In this document: positions 8,780 to 16,826 of the stretch, in pieces
Numbering within the stretch: the first letter of the stretch is position 1
Layout: each line of letters starts with the position of its first letter
NCBI GenBank assembly: GCA_964652335.1
Contig: CAZZDL010000004.1
Span: 1 to 34,759, forward strand
Length of the DNA: 34,759 nucleotides
Reading direction: 5' to 3'
Origin: Candidatus Micrarchaeota archaeon
Lineage (GTDB): Archaea > B1Sed10-29 > WALL01 > WAMD01
Program-made: the position numbers and the translations under genes
Notes under the pieces: generated by a model
Databases searched by the model: none
Seen by the model: the letters and a program-made list of their open reading frames with translations, nothing else
What the model was told of the DNA's origin: nothing

Positions 8780-8895
8780 AAAAAGCAAGAGAGGGTGAGA
8801 GGGGAGGTACGGCCCCAAATTTACCCTCTTGGCCGGGTGAGCCTGGCCGTTTCCCCTCTTAGTTATTTTTCATCGGTCTTATCTTCCACACCTCC
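8780..8895. ncRNA. Candidate structured small RNA, copy 1
   Basis: GC-rich nested stems AGAGGGGA/TCCCCTCT and ACGGCC/GGCCGT around a core shared with 13291-13308; minus-strand BRE/TATA at 8917-8932; T-tracts possible on either strand. Confidence 0.45.
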
Positions 8896-8916
8896 AATTA
8901 GGGTAACTCAACGGTC

Positions 8917-8932
8917 ATATATATACCTTTCT
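8917..8932 (-). promoter_or_regulatory. BRE/TATA promoter with no sizeable ORF downstream
   Basis: AGAAAGG-TATATATAT on the minus strand; predicted start near 8895. Confidence 0.5.
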
Positions 8933-9012
8933 TAGGAAAATTCTAAAAATTTGTAAACCCATGTTAATAGACAATGGACAAATGTTCACTAGATAAATAG
9001 ACAATTGCCTAA

Positions 9013-12000
9013 CTATTCAATATATGCCTTCATATTAACTTCAACCACACTGCTTCCTATCTTCTTGTTCATAGAAACCCCAACTATCTGATCAGCCTCA
9101 TGGATAAGTGTGGCATTATGAGTAACCACAATAAACTGAGACTGCCCAACCCTACCTTTTATCATCTTAGCCAATCTTTCAGAATTTGCTCTATCCAATG
9201 GAGAATCTGCTTCATCCAGAATGTAGAATGGACTAGGCTTGTAGGACTGGATAGCAAACAAGAAGGTTAAAGCTACAACTGCTTTTTCTCCCCCACTTAG
9301 AGCCTCTATCCTCCTTACTGGCTTACCAGCTGGCCTAGCTTCAACTATGAGTCCGCCTTGGAATGGGTCTTCCTCATTCTCTAATTTTATGTCTGCAAAA
9401 CTACCCTCCTCTGGGTAGAATTCCTTGTACAAAGCCTGGAAGTGCTTCCTTATCTCGTTGTAGGTTTTCAAAAAGGCTTCTTTCTTCCTCTCTTCTATCC
9501 TCTCAATCAAATTAAGAACTGCTTCCTTCTCTGATTTTAACTTCTCAGCCTTCTCTTCAACGTCCTTCAATTCTTCTAATGCTTTCTCATATAACTCTAT
9601 AGCCTTCATGTTTACTGGCTCAAGCTTTGCCATTTTCTTCTTTAGCTCATCCAACTCCTTCTCAAGATCCTCAGTGGATTCTGACAACTCCTCAAACTTC
9701 TCTTTCCCTATTTCCTCCCATTCTGCCCGCAAATCAGAAAGCCTAGTCTCAAGCCTTGCCTTTTCAAGCTCTATCTGGTTGATCTCCTGTCTGGCGTTCT
9801 CCATCAACCTCTGAAGTGATCCTTTCTTCTCAGCTAGTTTGCCAAGCTCAGCTTGTAACCTCTCTCTCTTCTTCATTAAATCAGATAACTTCCCAGATAA
9901 CTCTTCCTCTGCCTTTATCATTTCCTGTAGCTTAGTCTCTAGATCAAATATCTTTTTCTTTGTATTCTTTAAGAATTCGTCCAATTCTGATTTTTCCTTT
10001 TCTAGTTCAGATTTTCTATTCATCAACCCAGTCAATCTAGCCTTTAACACAGATTCTAACTCAGACTTCATTGAGTTATACTGTATCTCTATCTCTGTTG
10101 CCTGTGTCTTCAAGGCATTTAGCTCCCTTTGCATCCTCTCCATTTTCATGGTCGCTTCTTTAGCTTCCCTTGATTTAAGCTTGGATTGTATTGTGGCCCT
10201 TCTTTCCTCAAGCTCCTCAAGTTCTTTTTTGATCTTGCTTGCCTTCTCTTCTGCCTCCTTTATCTTGGCCGATAACTCAGCTATCTCCTTCTCTACAGAT
10301 TCCCTTTCTCTCTCTATTGCAGATTTTCTAGTAAGATAATCAGAAAGCCTAGTTTCTATTTGTTCCTTAACCGCTTCCAACTGTTTTACTTCAACTTCAA
10401 CCTCAGACCTCTCTTTTCTCTTTTCTTCTATCTTCTCCCTTAGCTCTTCCATCCTCTTTAGTAGTTTATCCTGCTGCTTTGTCAGAGAATCAATATCCTT
10501 TTTCAGTTTATCTTTCTCAAGCATTTCTTTAAGTGTAACTCCTCCATGCCTGTACCCACCAGTTAATGCTCCAGATGCCTCTGCAAGATCTCCATCAAGC
10601 GTAGCCATTCTAACCTTTCCAAATCCTATCCGCTTAGCCACATCAACATTCTCAACAATTAAAGTATCTCCAAAAACATACTCAAATGCCTTCTTCAGTT
10701 TTTGATCAAATCTAACGAGGTTTATGGCAAATCCTAGCACTCCATCTTCCTTCTCTAAACGCTTAATATCTGGATCAATTGTTTGAGGTTTTATCTTGTT
10801 CAAAGGTATAAAGGTTGTCCTCCCTATCTTCTTGGATTTCAACCATTTAACTGCCTCAGTAGCAGAGACATCATCTTTAGTTATTATGTACTCAAGCCTG
10901 CTTCCTGCAGCCACTTGTATAGCTGTTGTATACTCGTCATCGTATTCACACAAATCTTTAACCCTACCTATTATCCCTCTTAGCTCTCCTCTCTTCGCTG
11001 CGTTTAAGACAGCCTCAGATGCCTCGTTACCAGTGATGGATCTTATGGTGGCTATCCTGGAGTATATGGAATGATACTTTTCCTTCAAAGAATCTATTTT
11101 AGAGTCCAATGCCTTGTACTCTTCGTTTAACTGCTTCTCCTTAGCGAACAATTCATCCAATTCATTCTGCTTCTGCAACAGTTTTCTTCTTAGAACAACA
11201 AGATCCTTCTCTATTGATTTAAGCCTGTCTTCAAGCTCCTTCTCTTCCTTGCTCGCCTCTGTCTTTGACAGGTTAGATAGCGTGAATTTCAAAACAGATA
11301 TTCTTTCTCTACTACCTGTAATCTCAGAAAGGACAGAGTAATACTCCTCTTGTTTTTTATGAATCATTTTTGAAAACTCTTCCAATTTCTCACTTATGTT
11401 AGTAACCAACAAATCTCTTTCTTTCATTGATGCCACAAAATTGTCAAGCTCTTCTTGTTTTTTCTTTATCCTATCTTTGTATGTATTGAGTTCCTTCTCA
11501 AGCTTCTCTATGGATTTTTCTCTCTTCTTTATTTCCCCTTCTAGCGATACCATCTCCTTTTCTAAAACCGAAATTTCAGTAATTATCTGATCCCTTCTCT
11601 TTGTTTTTTCTGAATAGCTTTCCTGGAGATACTTAATTTCAGTCCTCGTGGACTCTATCTGCTTAGCTATTGCCAATTGTTCCTTCTCTCCTCTAGCAAT
11701 TATCTCCTTGTTTATCCCATCTATCTCTCCTTGTAAGCTCCTTAGCTTGGCCTCTATCTCAGACCATTCACTAGACAAGCGTTCGTACTCACTCTTCTTC
11801 TCATTTAACAAAGATAGTTTCTCGTTCAAGGCATCCTCAAACTTCGTTAGCTCCCTCTTCAAAAGATTTGCCCTTATCAAATTAGCTCTCTCTTTGTATT
11901 TTTTGTATCTCAGAGCTTCGTTCCTCTCCTTTTTCAACTCTCCTATGTATCCCTTTCTCTCGTGGAGGAGTATCTCTGCTTCCCTTATCTTTTCCTCCAC

Positions 12001-12525
12001 CTTGGATAACTCCAGCATTGCCTTAGACTTCTTTTCTTCATATTCAGACACACCTGCAATTTCATCAATTACTTCTCTCCTCTGAGTAGGCCCCATCTTT
12101 ATGAATCCTTCCACATCTCCTTGCATTATTATGTTATATCCCTCCGGAGGTATTCCTAAAGACGCTATTGTTTCCTGTATCTCCATTCTAGTGGTTCTTT
12201 TACCATTAAGCCTGTAAATGCTGTTTCCTTGTTTATCTATCTCCCTTGTTATGGCTATTTTCTCTGTTCCTTTTCTAAGCTCAATGGTAACCTCGGCTGT
12301 GCCTGTCCTAGAGTTATGATGAACCAAATCCTTAACTCTCCCAGCTCTTAAGGCCTTCATCGACCCTTCTCCAAGGGTGAATAGAATTGCGTCAACTATA
12401 TTTGACTTACCAGAACCATTCGGCCCGACGACGCATACGAATCCATCTAAAAAAGGTATAACTGCCGTTCTAAAAGACTTAAAATCCCTCATCTTTATCT
12501 TTTCTATCTTTCCCATCTCTAGCAT
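9013..12525 (-). CDS. smc: Chromosome segregation protein SMC
   Basis: Walker A GPNGSGKSN, Q-loop IIMQGD, hinge GALTGG, signature LSGGEK, Walker B/D-loop ILDEADSPLD, long coiled coils; start may be 12516. Confidence 0.97.
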   Translation of the reverse strand: MLEMGKIEKIKMRDFKSFRTAVIPFLDGFVCVVGPNGSGKSNIVDAILFTLGEGSMKALRAGRVKDLVHHNSRTGTAEVTIELRKGTEKIAITREIDKQGNSIYRLNGKRTTRMEIQETIASLGIPPEGYNIIMQGDVEGFIKMGPTQRREVIDEIAGVSEYEEKKSKAMLELSKVEEKIREAEILLHERKGYIGELKKERNEALRYKKYKERANLIRANLLKRELTKFEDALNEKLSLLNEKKSEYERLSSEWSEIEAKLRSLQGEIDGINKEIIARGEKEQLAIAKQIESTRTEIKYLQESYSEKTKRRDQIITEISVLEKEMVSLEGEIKKREKSIEKLEKELNTYKDRIKKKQEELDNFVASMKERDLLVTNISEKLEEFSKMIHKKQEEYYSVLSEITGSRERISVLKFTLSNLSKTEASKEEKELEDRLKSIEKDLVVLRRKLLQKQNELDELFAKEKQLNEEYKALDSKIDSLKEKYHSIYSRIATIRSITGNEASEAVLNAAKRGELRGIIGRVKDLCEYDDEYTTAIQVAAGSRLEYIITKDDVSATEAVKWLKSKKIGRTTFIPLNKIKPQTIDPDIKRLEKEDGVLGFAINLVRFDQKLKKAFEYVFGDTLIVENVDVAKRIGFGKVRMATLDGDLAEASGALTGGYRHGGVTLKEMLEKDKLKKDIDSLTKQQDKLLKRMEELREKIEEKRKERSEVEVEVKQLEAVKEQIETRLSDYLTRKSAIERERESVEKEIAELSAKIKEAEEKASKIKKELEELEERRATIQSKLKSREAKEATMKMERMQRELNALKTQATEIEIQYNSMKSELESVLKARLTGLMNRKSELEKEKSELDEFLKNTKKKIFDLETKLQEMIKAEEELSGKLSDLMKKRERLQAELGKLAEKKGSLQRLMENARQEINQIELEKARLETRLSDLRAEWEEIGKEKFEELSESTEDLEKELDELKKKMAKLEPVNMKAIELYEKALEELKDVEEKAEKLKSEKEAVLNLIERIEERKKEAFLKTYNEIRKHFQALYKEFYPEEGSFADIKLENEEDPFQGGLIVEARPAGKPVRRIEALSGGEKAVVALTFLFAIQSYKPSPFYILDEADSPLDRANSERLAKMIKGRVGQSQFIVVTHNATLIHEADQIVGVSMNKKIGSSVVEVNMKAYIE

Positions 12526-12570
12526 TTACTCGTAATAAGAATAAAAAGATTGTTAGCTAGAAAATACTCA

Positions 12571-13263
12571 ATGAGAGTAAAGATAATATTCAACGGGAGC
12601 AAGGAGTGGACTAAAGGAGTAGCAGAAAGTATAGAGGATAAACTTGCTAAATCTGGATACGAAATAGTAGATAAAAACGCGGATGTCACAATAACCGTTG
12701 GCGGAGATGGAACTGTATTTTACAATCTAGACAAACTAGAAGGGAAGATACTTCCCATAGGCACTGAGAAAAGCGGGTTTTGTATACCCTTCACAAGAGC
12801 ATTGGAGAAACTTGAAGAACTAATGCACTCTAAACCGATACGGCTGATAGTTTTGGAAGCGTACACTGGCAATAAAATGATTGGGAAAGCTATAAATGAT
12901 ATAGTATTTCACACTGTTGATTATAGATTACATGAATTCTCATTCGTATCAAAGGGAAAATCGTATGTGTTTAAGGGCGATGGGCTAGTTTTGGCAACTC
13001 CTCTCGGATCTAGTTCGTACAATAGATCTGTCGGCGGCCCTGTTGTTGATAGGGATCTGAACGTTATGTCTGTATCAGCGATAGCACCGTATACTCAGTT
13101 CTATCCTAAAGTTGTAGCAGCAAATGAGGAATACACTGTCAAATCCGACTCAAAGATGGCTGTCATATTTGACGGATGGAAAGTAATTGAATTAGATAAA
13201 CCAGTGAGCGTAACTGCTAAAGAAAAAATAGATATGCTTATACCTAAAAGGTGCAAGTTCTAG
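12571..13263 (+). CDS. nadK: NAD(+) kinase family protein
   Basis: GGDGT, AIND, GDGLVLATPLGSSSYNRSVGGP motifs. Confidence 0.85.
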   Translation: MRVKIIFNGSKEWTKGVAESIEDKLAKSGYEIVDKNADVTITVGGDGTVFYNLDKLEGKILPIGTEKSGFCIPFTRALEKLEELMHSKPIRLIVLEAYTGNKMIGKAINDIVFHTVDYRLHEFSFVSKGKSYVFKGDGLVLATPLGSSSYNRSVGGPVVDRDLNVMSVSAIAPYTQFYPKVVAANEEYTVKSDSKMAVIFDGWKVIELDKPVSVTAKEKIDMLIPKRCKF

Positions 13264-13266
13264 CTA

Positions 13267-13340
13267 AAATAAAAAGGAACTAGGAGAGGTGCCAGGCTCA
13301 CCCGGCCAGAAGTAAGGGCACCGCTCCTAAGAAGCTAGTA
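13267..13340 (-). ncRNA. Candidate structured small RNA, copy 2
   Basis: CGAAAGG-TTTTTAAATA promoter at 13361-13377, stems TAGGAG/CTCCTA and GGTGCC/GGCACC around the shared core, downstream T-tract; lies between convergent genes. Confidence 0.55.
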
Positions 13341-13437
13341 TGTCTTTTTAAGACTATTTTTATTTAAAAACCTTTCGATTTTTACGGCATTCGCCTATCC
13401 ACTGGCTCTCCTAGACCCTAGCTCTTACTGGTTTACT

Positions 13438-14814
13438 TCACCTTTTTCGCTTTTTGGGCTTAGCTTTCCTCTTTGGTAAACCGACCTTCTTTAGAAACTC
13501 ATTTACAACGTCCTCTAGGTTTGGATGTCCCTTCTCGTCTAGCTCGTATCTAACTCTAACAACCGGCTTGTTTACCTTTAGTATTTTAGTTAGATCAATA
13601 GGTGTACCTGAAAGGACTAGATCGCATTTGGCTCTATTTATTGTCTTCTCAAGATCCCTTATTTGCTGCTTGGAATATCCCATTGCAGGCAAGACTTTAC
13701 CTAACTGTGGGAACTCTTCATATATCGCCTTCAAGGTTTTCGGCACATATGGTCTTGGGTCAATAACTTTACAATGATATTTCCTTGCAGCGATTATGCC
13801 CGCCCCGTACGCCATGTTTCCATGGGTTAGCGTAGGTCCATCCTCAACGACTAGAACTCTCTTTCCTTTCACAAATTCTGGATTCTCAACGATTATCTTT
13901 GAATTCGCATGAATTATTTTTGCCCTTGGATTTATCATCTTGATATTGTTCACAACTGTTTGTATGTCTTTCTTCTTAGCTGAATCTTCCTTGTTTATTA
14001 TAACATAATCTGCAAGCCTAGCATTTACTTCTCCTGGGTATGAGCCGATCTCATCGCCAGGTCTGTGCGGATCTGCCACGACGACCAGTGTATCAGGTAC
14101 GTAAAAGCTAACTTCATTATTACCTCCATCCCAAACAATTATATCTGCTTCCTTCTCAGCTCTCCTTATTATCTTCCCATAATCAACGCCTGAATAAACA
14201 ACTAAACCTCTCTCTATATATGGCTCATACTCTTCTCTCTCTTCTATCGTACATTTGTGCTTGTCAAGATCTGCATAACTGGCAAACCTCATTACCTCTT
14301 GTTCTCTTAAATCGCCATAAGGCATCGGTTCTCTAATTGCCACAACTCTAAATCCTCTGTCTTTTAGTATCTGAACTAGCTTTCTAGATGTCTGGCTCTT
14401 ACCACAACCGGTCCTAACAGCACAAACTGCTATAACTGGTTTTCTAGATTTCAGCATAGTATGGTTTGGACTAACTAACATGAAGTCTGCTCCTGCGGCT
14501 AATGCCCTAGATGCCTTATGCATAACTTCCGGATAAGGGAGATCAGAGTAAGCTAAAACAACTAGATCTACTTTCTTCTTTTTCACGTATTCTTCAAGCT
14601 TAGACTCTGGTATTGTAGGTATTCCTTTAGGATAAAGTCTTCCTGCAAGCTCTGGCGGATATCTTCTAAGCTTGGTGTTTGTGGTTCCTAAATTTTGCTC
14701 TTCAGCCATTGTAAATGCAACTACTTCGTAAGATGGGTTGTCTCTAAATATTGTGTTAAAAACATGGTAATCCATTCCCGCGGCTCCTATGATTATAACC
14801 TTCTTCCTCCCCAT
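13438..14814 (-). CDS. COG2403 P-loop protein, arginine synthetase (ArcE) / cyclic 2,3-diphosphoglycerate synthetase family
   Basis: IIGAAGxDxHxFN, YPPELAG, AVRTGCGKSQT, CTIEEREEYEP, WDGGNN, VEDGPTLTHG, LPAMGYS motifs. Confidence 0.8.
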   Translation of the reverse strand: MGRKKVIIIGAAGMDYHVFNTIFRDNPSYEVVAFTMAEEQNLGTTNTKLRRYPPELAGRLYPKGIPTIPESKLEEYVKKKKVDLVVLAYSDLPYPEVMHKASRALAAGADFMLVSPNHTMLKSRKPVIAVCAVRTGCGKSQTSRKLVQILKDRGFRVVAIREPMPYGDLREQEVMRFASYADLDKHKCTIEEREEYEPYIERGLVVYSGVDYGKIIRRAEKEADIIVWDGGNNEVSFYVPDTLVVVADPHRPGDEIGSYPGEVNARLADYVIINKEDSAKKKDIQTVVNNIKMINPRAKIIHANSKIIVENPEFVKGKRVLVVEDGPTLTHGNMAYGAGIIAARKYHCKVIDPRPYVPKTLKAIYEEFPQLGKVLPAMGYSKQQIRDLEKTINRAKCDLVLSGTPIDLTKILKVNKPVVRVRYELDEKGHPNLEDVVNEFLKKVGLPKRKAKPKKRKR

Positions 14815-14899
14815 ATACAACACCCATAGAATTAGAGATAACTACCTTTAAAAAGAATTTAAAAGAAGAGCTAAAAATAGAGAGTGATGGGTTAGGGGT

Positions 14900-15202
14900 T
14901 TATCCGAACAAGGCAGATAGACCTGCCGCTGCTTCCTCTTCAGACTTCTTCTCTTCCTCCTTTTTCTCTTCCTTCTTCTCTTCCTTTGTCTCTGCTGGAG
15001 CTTGTGCAGGTGCAGCCGCAACAGGTACAGCTGCCTTACTTATGGCCTCATCAATATTAACACCCTCTAGGCTTGCAACCAGCGCCTTTACTCTAGCATC
15101 GTCAACACTAATTCCAGCTGCCTCTAGGACTTTCTTAACGTTGTCCTCGTTAATCTCCTTTCCCGCAGCATGCAAAAGCAATGCAGCATACACGTACTCC
15201 AT
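14900..15202 (-). CDS. rpl12: 50S ribosomal protein L12 (P1)
   Basis: [11 protein letters not shown]...[13 protein letters not shown]. Confidence 0.97.
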   Translation of the reverse strand: MEYVYAALLLHAAGKEINEDNVKKVLEAAGISVDDARVKALVASLEGVNIDEAISKAAVPVAAAPAQAPAETKEEKKEEKKEEEKKSEEEAAAGLSALFG

Positions 15203-15217
15203 TTCAACTACCTCCTT

Positions 15218-16057
15218 TTAAGTATGAATATTAGCTACATTGGCTAACGCCAATGCATTCAAATGGGCTTTGCCCAAGATGTCTGAAGCTGTCTGCTTTG
15301 TTAGGAACCCTATCTCTACTGACAGGTTTCTGGCGTTGCTGAATGCCTTTGCTATTAACAAGTCTGCTGTTTGCTTGGTTGGATATGCCACTTCTACTGA
15401 CAGGTTTCTGGCGTTGCTGAATGCAGTCTGTATATCACTGATAACCTTTGATTCATCTATGTCTAGCACATCTGGTGTAAATACGGTTCCATCTTCATAG
15501 ACAGCTAGTACTTTGAGGAATATTTCCACAGGCTTTATGCCTAGCTTGTTAAGCGCATTAGCTACTACCTCAGATATGGGTTCTCCCTCCTTGGCAACCA
15601 CAGAGTCTTTAACAACCTTTATTGATTGTCCTTCTATCTTAGCATTTATCCCTGCAGCTTTTAGATCACCCAGGGCTGGGCCTGGTGGTAAACCAGTGTC
15701 CCCGGCTGGGACAACTATATCATTAGGAGCTATTTGTCCAGCTTTAGCAGGAGCTTTGGACTTCATTCTCTTAAGCGTGTTGTAAAGTTTAAACGCATTC
15801 ATGTCACTGAATATTATTGCCACGGGCCCCTTCATATAATCCTCTAGCTTTTTCAGATCAGCCTTGCTTGCTTCTATTGCTCTCTTTATCAACCTTTTTC
15901 TTGCTACTCTAATAATTGCATGTTCCTTTGTCTTTGCTTTTATCTCCTGGAACTGTGCGGCAGGCAATCCTTCTATAGAGGCTATTCCCACCACTGGATA
16001 GGTTTCTAGCAATTTCTTCAGTTCTTCTACTTCATTTAACTTCCATGGTGCAACCAT
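15218..16057 (-). CDS. rpl10: 50S ribosomal protein L10 (P0)
   Basis: VAPWK...V, AKAGQIAPNDIVVPAGDTGLPPGP, LNKLGIKP; operon position. Confidence 0.95.
   Translation of the reverse strand: MVAPWKLNEVEELKKLLETYPVVGIASIEGLPAAQFQEIKAKTKEHAIIRVARKRLIKRAIEASKADLKKLEDYMKGPVAIIFSDMNAFKLYNTLKRMKSKAPAKAGQIAPNDIVVPAGDTGLPPGPALGDLKAAGINAKIEGQSIKVVKDSVVAKEGEPISEVVANALNKLGIKPVEIFLKVLAVYEDGTVFTPDVLDIDESKVISDIQTAFSNARNLSVEVAYPTKQTADLLIAKAFSNARNLSVEIGFLTKQTASDILGKAHLNALALANVANIHT
15315..15424. repeat. 32-bp exact direct repeat within rpl10, 78-bp period
   Basis: TCTACTGACAGGTTTCTGGCGTTGCTGAATGC at 15315-15346 and 15393-15424 (AFSNARNLSVE twice). Confidence 0.9.
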
Positions 16058-16717
16058 CTAACCACCTATGTTGGACACCTTGACAGCAGGGCCCATTGTC
16101 AATTTGAAATAAACATTCTTTATGTTTGTCTCCCTCTGTGGTAGTTTATCTAAAACTGCATTCAGTATTGTATTTGCATTCTCAACCAGATCATCCACCG
16201 GCATGTCCTCAGTCCCTATTGGAACATGGACTACAGGCAAGTACTTGCCCTTGCTTCTTATCTGGACAGTTGCCTTCATCCTGTTAACTATTGGCTCAAG
16301 ATTTGGAATATTTGGTGGAATTGGCGTTGGCATCTTACCTCTTGGCGCTAAGACGGGACCAAGATTCTTACCCACCAAAGGCATTAAATCTGCCTGAGCA
16401 ATGAATATGTCGTATTCCCTAGCTAGCTTCTTTGCCTTCTTCTTGTTTTTGCCATATTCCTCCAATTCATCTGGAGTTATGAACCCATCCACAAGTCCCT
16501 TTGCCTTCGCTATAAGGTCATCCTTTGCTATTAGGCATATCTTCCTCTTCTTCCCTGGCTTTGGCAGTATAACATCTATTTTCAATCTATTGTCCTGTTT
16601 GCTAAAATCTATATTCTTGAAGTTTATCGCCATGTCCACGGTTTGCGTGAATTTTCTTTTCTTGGCTAAACTAATAGCCTTCTCTATCCCTTCTTTTATT
16701 GATTTGGCTTCTTCCAT
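16058..16717 (-). CDS. rpl1: 50S ribosomal protein L1
   Basis: KRKFTQTVD, LGPVLAPRGKMP, KLTMGP; ATG at 16717 follows a GGAGGGG RBS. Confidence 0.96.
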   Translation of the reverse strand: MEEAKSIKEGIEKAISLAKKRKFTQTVDMAINFKNIDFSKQDNRLKIDVILPKPGKKRKICLIAKDDLIAKAKGLVDGFITPDELEEYGKNKKKAKKLAREYDIFIAQADLMPLVGKNLGPVLAPRGKMPTPIPPNIPNLEPIVNRMKATVQIRSKGKYLPVVHVPIGTEDMPVDDLVENANTILNAVLDKLPQRETNIKNVYFKLTMGPAVKVSNIGG

Positions 16718-16725
16718 CAACAAAC

Positions 16726-16810
16726 CCCTCCTGATGCAAATCGCATCAGTCTGCGGGAGCTTAACACTCCGTGCGGATATTTTTGAAAATGGGTTTTATA
16801 AACTTATCGG
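16726..16810 (-). promoter_or_regulatory. rpl1-rpl10-rpl12 promoter and structured 5' leader
   Basis: GATAAG-TTTATAAAA promoter near 16795-16808; leader CCC-GCA-GA-CTGATGC-GATTT-GCATCAG-GA-GGG overlapping the RBS. Confidence 0.55.
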
Positions 16811-16826
16811 TTCTGACACCCTTGGT

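Noticed and set aside
8821-8848. IS200/IS605 end (TTAC plus hairpin)
   Set aside because: No tnpA/tnpB in the window, and the two copies are inverted rather than arranged as left and right ends; kept only as a remote alternative.
8795-8860. SRP RNA, RNase P RNA, H/ACA or C/D guide, or a known self-cleaving ribozyme
   Set aside because: GCCAGG resembles SRP helix 8, but the GGAA loop and AGCA partner are missing and the element is too short. By eye I found no ACA tail, C/D boxes or hammerhead/HDV core; a covariance search is still needed.
8740-9012. Replication origin
   Set aside because: No recognisable ORB repeats and no cdc6/orc1 gene nearby.
9608-12085. Plus-strand ORFs inside smc and the many other antisense ORFs in the track
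   Set aside because: They are S/F/L-rich shadow frames of E/K-rich real genes on the opposite strand, with no recognisable motifs.
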